A stretch of 26,026 bases of DNA from Caecitellus pseudoparvulus (Eukaryota > Protista > Bigyra: Bicosoecida). The stretch spans positions 1 through 26,026 of the forward strand of contig CBFFRQ010000021.1 in assembly GCA_965644315.1 (NCBI GenBank), in the 5' to 3' direction. A program made the position numbers and the translations under genes. Shown here in pieces: positions 1 to 8,127 of this stretch. Below the pieces are notes generated by a model. The model was not told the DNA's origin. It did not search any database and saw only the letters and a list, made by a program, of their open reading frames with translations. Each line of letters begins with the position of its first letter. Position 1 is the stretch's first letter.

Positions 1-280
1 ACACACCACCTCGCTCACGCTGCCCCGCCAACAGCCCAGCCTGCTCCAACAGCGCACTCCCCGCATCACGCAGTGTAGCTTCCAGCTCCACCAGGCTCAT
101 GGCCGATGGAGCGTCGCCTGCAGCAGGCGCTTCGCCACGCCCAATGGCTGCCAGTCCTCGCAGTGCTGGGCCGTGGTCCATGACGCTGCCCGGCAAGCAC
201 TTCACCTTGCGCAAGCATGCCGCCACCACCTCAGCCTGCTTGCCGTCGACGCCTGCAGTGGGCGCTGCACTGCCCTCCAT
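1..280 (-). CDS. Ankyrin-repeat family gene copy 0, 5' end only (runs off left edge)
   Basis: Near-identical to 5549-5828. ATG at 280 (MEGSAAP..., GCCATGG context). The upstream ATG at 407 is out of frame here (127 nt away vs 129 nt in the other copies). Confidence 0.75.
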   Translation of the reverse strand, partial: MEGSAAPTAGVDGKQAEVVAACLRKVKCLPGSVMDHGPALRGLAAIGRGEAPAAGDAPSAMSLVELEATLRDAGSALLEQAGLLAGQRERGGV

Positions 281-1017
281 GGCTTGTCCTGTTGCTGCTG
301 CCTGAGGCGTCGGGGAGGGGCAGGGCGCACTGTGCTGTGGTGTGTGCGACACGCTCTGTCGCAAGTGCTGGCGAAAGCGAGGCACCATGCCTACACCCAC
401 GTACCATGGCGATGGAGAGTAGGGGGTCTAGTCAGGCGTAGCTGTGCTGTAAAGCCGACTCCTGTGGGGTGATGGCAGTGGACGCGTGTGTTGGTGCCGT
501 GGGAAGGCGCTGTCGCATCTGACGTGCGAGGGAGCAACTTCCGCACTTGCACCAGTGCACGCTCACCTGTGGCGGCCAGAAGTGGAGACAAGGCACAATG
601 CACGCTGATGTGCAGATGCCCAATGAACCCACAAGTAAGAGTGGGAAATGGATGAGGAGCAATTTGGTGCAAGACATTGGAAGGGTGCCCCGCTCCGCTC
701 GATGCGATGCCCATCATCCCAGCAAGAAAGGTGCGGAACAAGCTATCTGGACATCCGCAAGATCCCCGTTCGAGTGCTGACGGGAGCTGCGCCAAGGCGC
801 AGAGTGCGATAGAGGGGGTCGACTCGTGCGCTCCGAGCAGCGCTGTCCATACACGGCACTGGACGGGGCAAAACCGCCCGCTTTGCTGTGCCCGCACATG
901 TGCGTGTGAGAGTTGCGGCCTTGTCGTGTCTGGCAGTGTGGCTCCGTCACCCTTCCTTGCCCACTCGATATTCATTGGCGTGGTGGCGATTGCTCTGTCC
1001 CAAGCCACAACAAAGCC

Positions 1018-1442
1018 ATGGCGCTGTCCAGCGCCTCCATGGGGGCACCCGTCTTCCAGCTGGTGCCCCTTGCAGGTGGTACACTGGCTGTTTCAGGCGG
1101 TGGCAGCTCCAAGACTGGCATTGAGAATGCCCTGGTGCGCAGGCGGGCATTCGACGGCTTCGAGAGGCGTGCAAATTCCGCAACCTCCGCTGCCTTGCTC
1201 CACAGACCATGGTGCACGTGGAGAACACCGGCGCCAACAAAGTGGAGCTGGCGAAAGGCACTGCGTTCCTCTCGGGCAGCACCTTTATCACGCACGTGGC
1301 AGTGTCGGAGGACGTGCGTGCCGGCGCAGCCGACGTGGCAACCACTTCTGCACCTTCCTCGGCGACTTTCGCAGGGCAAGCGCGTGGCAGGGGCGGCTGG
1401 AGACAGCATCGTCGTGTTCAACCGCGACGGCGAGAGTGGCAG
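1018..1442 (+). pseudogene. SEC12: SEC12/PREB-like WD40 GEF, 5' fragment, copy A; exons 1018-1134, 1206-1313, 1375-1442
   Basis: Removing introns 1135-1205 (GTGCGC..CAG) and 1314-1374 (GTGCGT..CAG) gives MALSSASMGAPVFQLVPLAGGTLAVSGGGSSKTGIENAL-TMVHVE...FITHVAVSED-GKRVAGAAGDSIVVFNRD. GGGSSKTGIEN resembles the PREB/Sec12 K-loop (GGGGxxKTGIxN), followed by a WD40-like blade. Truncated just after the third donor GTACGG at 1443. Confidence 0.7.
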
Positions 1443-1454
1443 GTACGGGAGCCG

Positions 1455-2432
1455 GCAGCCAGGTGGCTGGGCGCCGTCCTGAACACCGTGGCAGTGGCGA
1501 GCGTGAGGAGCTGCCCCCCACCGCCTGGCGTGGCGGCGTGGCTGGCTGGGGATGAGCGCCTGTTCGCCCTGACCCGGGCAGCCTGTGTGCAGCTGGCGGA
1601 CGGGGCGCTGAGCAGGGAGCAGGGCACGGCTCTGGCGCCGGTGCTGCTGTTCACGGCGGTGGGGCTGTACGCCACGACGCCGCCCAGCTGCCGCAACACC
1701 ATCCCGCCCCACCTCGCCGAGCGCACGGCTCGCTTGGCCGGCAAGTGCACCCTGCTCGTGGGTGGCGTGGAGGTGGTGGGCGGCAAGGCGGTGCAGCGTG
1801 ACAGCCCGCCCTCCACACACACCGCCCACGACGACGACGGCAGTGCGCGTGACCTGCTGTTCTGGCTGCTGCAGCGCCTCAGCAACACGGCAGTGCACAA
1901 GGGCGGGCCGGCGGCCACCACGGGCCTGAACGTGTTCGGGGCCATGGCTGGGCAGGTGCCACAGGCGGACCTGCAGCGGTACGTGGTGCCGGTGGCGCGG
2001 GCAGTGTTCCGCACTGTGCAGGCAGCAGAGCACGTGGCCAGCGACCCCCGCCTGGCCGACGCGCCATCCTGGTCAGAGCAGGCACAGCAGGCAGCCGCTG
2101 GAGCGGAGGCAGGTGCCTTGGCGTGTGAGGTCATAGAGGGTGTGCAGGCTGCCATGGGTGCAGATGTGTTCCTGACGGCGTACAACGGCGAGCGGCGGGC
2201 CAGGGCAGCGGCGAAGGAGCGGCGGGCGAAGCAGGTGGCGCAGGGGGCGGTGGCGAACCCGGCAGCAGCTGCAGGGTGTCTGAGTCGGAAGGCACAGGCG
2301 AAAAAGCGCCACGTGGTGAAGCGCATGGGCAAACTGAAGGTGCTGCGAGGTGGTGGTGGAATGGGCAGGAAGCGGGTGTGGGAGGCGTTGGTGCGGTGCG
2401 GAGGGGAGTGCCGGTGTGGGAGGGAGGGCTGA
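1455..2432 (+). pseudogene. UTP20: UTP20-like (SSU processome) C-terminal fragment, copy A; frame still open
   Basis: LFWLLQRLS...LACEVIEGVQAAMGADVFLTAYNGERRARAAAKERRAKQVAQGAVANPAAAA..SRKAQAKKR matches the remembered UTP20 C-terminal pattern (LA.EV.E.L...VG...F..AY..VR...R..R......V.NP..AA.RK.KK). Only about 320 aa of a normally >2000 aa protein, with no native start. Confidence 0.7.
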
Positions 2433-2582
2433 GTGGGGATGGTGATGAGGTGTGATGCGGTGTGGTGTCTGCGGTGGAATGTGGTGCGGTATGGGCAGAG
2501 GTGGAGGTGGGGCAGGTGTGCTGGTCTGAGGTGCGTGTCAGGTTTGTCGAATGGTGCATTGGTCTGTGCTTGAAGCTTGGGA

Positions 2583-5500
2583 TCAAATCAACTCCTTCAA
2601 GCTCTCAAACTTGGTGGCTTCCTGTCTCACGCTGTCTGGGATCCTGCGGTGCCCCGTCAGGCCCAACAGCTCACGCACGATGTCTGTGTGGCCATTGCGA
2701 CATGCCCATCGGAAGCCAGCCTCAGGTCCACCCCAAGCCGCCGCGTGCACATCCACCTCCCGCGCCCCAGTCAGGCCCAGCAGCTCACGCACGATGTCTG
2801 TTTCGCCAAGGCGGCATGCCCATCGGAAGCCAGCCTCAGGCCCATCCTCATCCGCCGCATGCACATCCACCTCCCGCGCCCCGCTCAGGCCCAGCAGCTC
2901 ACGCACGATGTCTGTGCGGCCATTGCCGCATGCCTCTCGGAAGCCAGCCTCAGGTCCATCCTCATCCGCCGCATGCACATTCACCTCCCGCGCCCCGCTC
3001 AGGCCCAGCAGCTCACGCACGATGTCTGTGCGGCCATCGCGGCATGCCCATCGGAAGGCGGCCTCAGGTCCATCCTCATCCGCCGCATGCACATTCACCT
3101 CCCGCGCCCCGCTCAGGCCCAACAGCTCACGCACGATGTCTGTGCGGCCATCGCGGCATGCGTACCGGAAGGCGGCCTCAGGTCCATCCCCATCCGCCGC
3201 ATGCACATCCACCTCCCGCGCCCCGCTCAGGCCCAACAGCTCACGCACGATGTCTGTGCGGCCATCGCGGCATGCCCATCGGAAGGCGGCCTCAGGTCCA
3301 TCCTCATCCGCCGCATGCACATTCACCTCCCGCGCCCCGCTCAGGCCCAACAGCTCACGCACGATGTCTGCGTGGCCATTGCCGCATGCCCATCGGAAGG
3401 CAGCCTCAGGTCCATCCCCATCCGCCGCATGCACATCCACTGCCCGCGCCCCGCTCAGGCCCAACAGCTCACGCACGATGCCTGTGCGGCCCCAGCGGCA
3501 TGCACCTCGGAAGGCAGCCTCAGGTCCAGCCCCATCCGTCGCATGCACATCCACCTCCCGCGCCCCAGTGAGACCCAGCAGCTCACGCACGATGTCTATG
3601 TGTCCACTGTAGCATGCACCTCGGAAGCCAGCCTCAGGCCCATGATCATTCGCCGCATGCACATTCACCTCCCGCGCCCCAGTCAGGCCCAGCAGCTCAC
3701 GCACGATAGCTGTTTGTCCATTGGCGCATGCCTCTCGGAAGCCAGCCTCAGGTCCATCCCCATCCGCCGCATGCACATCCACTGCCCGCGCCCCGCTCAG
3801 GCCCAACAGCTCACGCACGATGCCTGTGCGGCCCCAGCGGCATGCCGCTCGGAAGCCAGCCTCAGGTCCATGCTCATCCGCCGCATGCACATCCACTTCC
3901 CGCGCCCCAGTCAGGCCCAGCAGCTCACGCACAATGTCTGTGTGGCCACTGGCACACGCGGCTCGGAAGGCAGCCTCAGGACCATCACTTCTGCGAAATG
4001 GCGCCACCTGAACAAATCCCGCCGCGTGCACGTCCACTGCCTCATCCCCCGTCAAAGACAGCAGCTCACGCACCCTGGCAAGTTTGCCATCCTTGCATGC
4101 TGTAATATACGCTGTCGTGTTCCCCTCACTGAATCTCTTCGGCTCAGGGGCTGGCTCCGACTCTGTTGCCGGTGCTGCCGCAGCTTCAGCTGTCTCCGCC
4201 TGCGCCTGAGCTGCCGCACCAGCTGCCTGCTCCTCATCAAGCACACCCCGCACAGCACTTTCCACACCTTCCAGATGACCCACTCCACCTCCACTTCCCT
4301 CACACGCCATCGCATATGTACCCATGCAGCAACCACTCCCTCCACTCTCCAACACCTCCAACGCGCTCAGCAGTCCATGCTCACCACCTTCACCGCTGCC
4401 CACGAAGTTTGAGTCAACCCCCGAACCGCCACCCAACGCACCACTCTCCATACCAAGCACCTCACACAAAACACACAACACACCACCACCATCACCTCTG
4501 CCACCATCAAGGCGAACTGTGCCCCACACACCGCCACATGCACTCAACACCACCTCACACCCACCCCCATCCAGTGCGCCCACCAGATCACCCACACTGC
4601 CACTCCCCACACCCACCACCACAAAGCTCCCCACACCCACACCACTCAGACTCACTCCACATGCCTCCGCCACAGCACACACACCCAGCACCCTCACAGC
4701 CACGCGCTGCTTCACCTCCAGCCCAACATCGCCCCACGCTTCATCCTCCAGGAACACCCTCAACGGCCACCCCGCCTCACACAGTACCTGCACCGTCACC
4801 ATGCTCCTCTGACCGAGTGGCTCATCAGCCCTGCCTGCTGTACTGCTGTGTGCTAGTGCTGCTCTGCGTGGAGTCTGCGCCATGCGCGGCAGTCCATGGG
4901 CGATGCGAGCAGCTTCGCCACGGTTCACAGCGCCAACACACGTGACAAGCGCTGTCGCACCCGCCTCCACACTCCCTGCCCACTGCTCCGCATCACCAGC
5001 TCCACCCACATCCTCATCCACGATCTCAACCCGTCCACTGTACACACTCACACCCTTGCCGTTCAGACACTCCAAGCCGCTCGACAAGTCCAAGCCATCC
5101 ACAGCCTTCACCCTCCGACCACTCATCACCGGCGCACACCCCAACAGCCCACGCAGCTCCTTCACTGCACTCGCTGCACTCTCCAAGTGCTCCGCAGCAC
5201 TCTCACTCGCCAGATCGCCTGCCGCCTCGCCTCGCAGCCAACCAGCCTGCTGACGCATGCCAGCCAGAGCCGCCTCCGCCGCTGCGTCGCCACCGGCATC
5301 ATGCGTGACTGGGCCACCTTCACCAGCTACATCCACCTCCACCCCCTCAAAGCCTTGCCACCATCGTGTCAGGTCAGCCAGCGCACCCTCCACGTTCACA
5401 CCGGCCCGCACACTGCCCCAAGCACCCACAATGGCGCCCCACAGTGCGCCACCCTCCGGCACTGCATCAACACCCACACCAGACACCGCTGTATGAAGCA

Positions 5501-5828
5501 CATCCACCGCGCAGAAGCACCGAAACGACAGATACTGCAGCGCAGCACACACGCCACCTCGCTCACGCTGCCCCGCCAACAGCCCAGCCTGCTCCAACAG
5601 CGCACTCCCCGCATCACGCAGTGCAGCCTCCAGCTCCACCAGGCTCATGGCCGATGGGGCGTCGCCTGCAGCAGGCGCTTCGCCACGCCCAATGGCTGCC
5701 AGTCCTCGCAGTGCTGGGCCGTGGTCCATGACGTTGCCCGGCAAGCACTTCACCTTGCCCAAGCATGCCGCTACCACCTCAGCCTGCGCGTCATCGATGC
5801 CTACAGTGGGCGCTGCAGCGCCCTCCAT
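2583..5828 (-). CDS. Ankyrin-repeat protein copy 1 (about 1081 aa from ATG 5828; ORF extends to 5957); cap plus 12 repeats
   Basis: Uninterrupted ORF. 38-aa repeat VDVHAADxxGPEA(A/G)FRxACxxGxTDIVRELLGL(T/S)GARE aligns with ankyrin DVNA.D..G.TPLH.A...GH.EIV..LL..GA. Confidence 0.9.
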   Translation of the reverse strand: MEGAAAPTVGIDDAQAEVVAACLGKVKCLPGNVMDHGPALRGLAAIGRGEAPAAGDAPSAMSLVELEAALRDAGSALLEQAGLLAGQRERGGVCAALQYLSFRCFCAVDVLHTAVSGVGVDAVPEGGALWGAIVGAWGSVRAGVNVEGALADLTRWWQGFEGVEVDVAGEGGPVTHDAGGDAAAEAALAGMRQQAGWLRGEAAGDLASESAAEHLESAASAVKELRGLLGCAPVMSGRRVKAVDGLDLSSGLECLNGKGVSVYSGRVEIVDEDVGGAGDAEQWAGSVEAGATALVTCVGAVNRGEAARIAHGLPRMAQTPRRAALAHSSTAGRADEPLGQRSMVTVQVLCEAGWPLRVFLEDEAWGDVGLEVKQRVAVRVLGVCAVAEACGVSLSGVGVGSFVVVGVGSGSVGDLVGALDGGGCEVVLSACGGVWGTVRLDGGRGDGGGVLCVLCEVLGMESGALGGGSGVDSNFVGSGEGGEHGLLSALEVLESGGSGCCMGTYAMACEGSGGGVGHLEGVESAVRGVLDEEQAAGAAAQAQAETAEAAAAPATESEPAPEPKRFSEGNTTAYITACKDGKLARVRELLSLTGDEAVDVHAAGFVQVAPFRRSDGPEAAFRAACASGHTDIVRELLGLTGAREVDVHAADEHGPEAGFRAACRWGRTGIVRELLGLSGARAVDVHAADGDGPEAGFREACANGQTAIVRELLGLTGAREVNVHAANDHGPEAGFRGACYSGHIDIVRELLGLTGAREVDVHATDGAGPEAAFRGACRWGRTGIVRELLGLSGARAVDVHAADGDGPEAAFRWACGNGHADIVRELLGLSGAREVNVHAADEDGPEAAFRWACRDGRTDIVRELLGLSGAREVDVHAADGDGPEAAFRYACRDGRTDIVRELLGLSGAREVNVHAADEDGPEAAFRWACRDGRTDIVRELLGLSGAREVNVHAADEDGPEAGFREACGNGRTDIVRELLGLSGAREVDVHAADEDGPEAGFRWACRLGETDIVRELLGLTGAREVDVHAAAWGGPEAGFRWACRNGHTDIVRELLGLTGHRRIPDSVRQEATKFESLKELI
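2650..4110 (-). repeat. 114-bp coding tandem repeat array, copy 1 (12 units plus degenerate first unit)
   Basis: cagctcacgcacgatgtctg recurs at a 114-bp period. Confidence 0.95.
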
Positions 5829-6569
5829 GGCTTGTCCTGTTGCTGCTGCCTGAGGCGTCGGGGAGGGGCAGGGCGCTGTGTGCTGTGGTGTGTGTGCGAC
5901 ACGCTTTGTCGCAAGTGCTGGCGAAAGCGAGGCACCACGCCCACGCCCACGCACCATGGCAATGGACGGCAGGGGGTCTAGTCAGGCGTAGCTGTGCTGT
6001 AAAGCCGACTCCTGCGGGGTGATGGCAGTGGACGCGTGTGTTGGTGCTGTGGGAAGGCGCTGTCGCAGCTTACGTGTGCGAGGGAGCAACTTCCGCACTT
6101 GCACCAGTGCAAGCTCACCTGTCGCGGCCAGAAGTGGAGACAAGGCAGAAGACACGCTGATGTCCGGATGCCCAATGAACCCACAAGTAAGAGTGGGAAA
6201 TGGATGAGGAGCAATTTGGTGCAAGACATGTGAAGGGTGTCCCGCTCCGCTCGATGCGGTGCGCATCATCTCAGCAAGAGAGGTGCGGAACTAGCTATCT
6301 GGACATCCGCAAGATCCCCGTTCGAGTGCTGACGGGAGCTGCGTCAAGGCGCGGAGTGCGATGGAGGGGGTGGACTCGTGCGCTCCGAGCAGCGCTGTCC
6401 ATACACGGCACTGGGCGGGGCAAAACCGCCCGCTTTGCTGTGCCCGCACTTTTGTGTGTAAGGGTTGCGGCCTTGTCGTGTCTGGCAGTGTGGCTCCGTC
6501 ACCCTTCCTTGCCCACACGATATTCATTGGCGTGGTGGCGACTGCTCTGTCCCAAGCCACAACAAAGCC
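5829..6569. promoter_or_regulatory. Putative bidirectional promoter/5' UTR region between divergent ankyrin and SEC12-like starts (also 281-1017, 10480-11217, 21546-22286)
   Basis: Position between head-to-head ATGs only; no motif identified. Confidence 0.35.
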
Positions 6570-6994
6570 ATGGCGCTGTCCAGCGCCTCCATGGGGGCAC
6601 CCGTCTTCCAACTGGTGCCCCTCGCAGGTGGAACTCTGGCTGTTTCAGGCGGTGGCAGCTCCAAGACTGGCATTGAGAATGCCCTGGTGCGCAGGCGGGC
6701 ATTCGACGGCTGCGAGTGGCGTGCAAATTCCGCAACCGCCGCTGCCTTGCTCCCCAGACCATGGTGCACGTGGAGAACACCGGCGCCAACAAAGTGGAGC
6801 TGGCGAAAGGCACTGCGTTCCTCTCGGGCAGCACCTTCATCACGCACGTGGCAGTGTCGGAGGACGTGCGTGCCGGCGCTGCCGACGTGGCAACCACTTT
6901 TACACCTACCTCGGCGACTTTCGCAGGGTAAGCGCGTGGCAGGGGCGGCTGGAGACAGCATCGTCGTGTTCAACCGCGACGGCGAGAGTGGCAG
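6570..6994 (+). pseudogene. SEC12: SEC12/PREB-like 5' fragment, copy B; exons 6570-6686, 6758-6865, 6927-6994
   Basis: Colinear with copy A at offset 5552; splice sites conserved. Confidence 0.7.
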
Positions 6995-7006
6995 GTACGG
7001 GAGCCG

Positions 7007-7961
7007 GCAGCCAGGTGGTTGGGCGCCGTCCTGAACACCGTGGCAGTGGCGAGTGTGGGGAGCTGCCCCCCACCGCCTGGCGTGGCGGCGTGGCTGGCTG
7101 GGGATGAGCGCCTGTTCGCCTTGGCCCGGGCAGCCTGTGTGCAGCTGGCGGACGGGGCGCTGAGCAGGGAGCAGGGCACGGCCCTGGCGCCGGTGCTGCT
7201 GTTCACGGCGGTGGGGCTGTACGCCACCACGCCGCCCAGCTCCCGCAACACCATCCCGCCCCACCTCGCCGAGCGCACTGCTCGCTTGGCCGGCAAGTGC
7301 ACCCTGCTCGTGGGTGGCATGGAGGTGGTGGGCGGCAAGGCGGTGCAGCGAGACAGCCCGCCCTCCACACACACCGCCCACAACGATGGAGGCAGTGCGC
7401 GGGACCCGCTGTTCTGGCTGCTGCAGCGCCTCAGCAACACGGCAGTGTACAAGGGCGGACCGGCGGCCACCACGGCGCTGAACGTGTTCGGGGCCATGGC
7501 TGGGCACTTGCCTCAGGCAGACCTGCAGCGGTACGTGGTGCCGGTGGCGCGGGCAGTGTTCCGCACTGTGCAGGCAGCAGAGCACGTGACCAGCGACCCC
7601 CGCCTGGCCGACGCGCCATCCTGGTCAGAGGAAGGCACAGCAAGCGTCCGCTGCAGTGGAAGCAGGGGCCTTGGCGTCAGAGGTCATGGAGGGCGTGCTG
7701 GCTGCCATGGGCGCAGATGTGTTCTTGACGGCGTACAACGGCGAGCGGCGGGCCAGGGCGGCGGCGAAGGAGTGGCGGGCGAGGCAGGTGGCGCAGGAGG
7801 CGGTGGTGAACCCGGCAGCAGCTGCAGGGTGTCGGAGGGGGAGGGCGCACGTGAAGAAGCGTCACGTGGCGAAGCGTGTGGACATGGTGAAGGTGCTGCG
7901 AGGCGGTGGTGGGAAGGGCAGGAAGTGGGGAAGGAGGAGTGGGAGGCGTGAGAGGGATTGA
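7007..7961 (+). pseudogene. UTP20: UTP20-like C-terminal fragment, copy B, frameshifted
   Basis: Homologous to 1455-2432. A +1 insertion near 7631 splits it over ORFs 7019-7951 and 7656-7961. Confidence 0.7.
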
Positions 7962-8127
7962 TGTGTGGAGGGGTGGAGGGGTGTGCAATGCAGGTGTGGG
8001 AGCGGGGGGGCGTTGAAGTGGTGGTGAGGTGTGCTGTGTGGTGTGTGGAGGAGGGACGTGTATGCTGGTATGGAGGTGTGGCGGGTGTGCTGGCCTGACG
8101 TGGGGACCAGGTTTGCCACATGGTGCA

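Noticed and set aside
1209-2432. 407-aa ORF as a single real gene
   Set aside because: It strings together SEC12-like exon 2, an intron, an out-of-frame exon 3 and the UTP20-like piece. It is broken in the other three units.
2650-4110. CRISPR array or TALE-type repeats
   Set aside because: The units are in-frame 114-bp ankyrin coding repeats with no unique spacers or cas genes, and they lack the TALE LTPxQVVAIAS consensus.
2462-4412. Long plus-strand ORFs over the repeats (2577-4412, 2551-3612, 8029-9414, 12770-13951, 23701-24537 etc.)
   Set aside because: Antisense shadows of GC-rich repeated coding sequence; their ends are not conserved between units.
4400-4700. CA-rich microsatellite or telomere-like sequence
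   Set aside because: It is the reverse complement of Gly/Val/Cys codons (GGT, GTG, TGT) in the ankyrin gene and has no fixed period.
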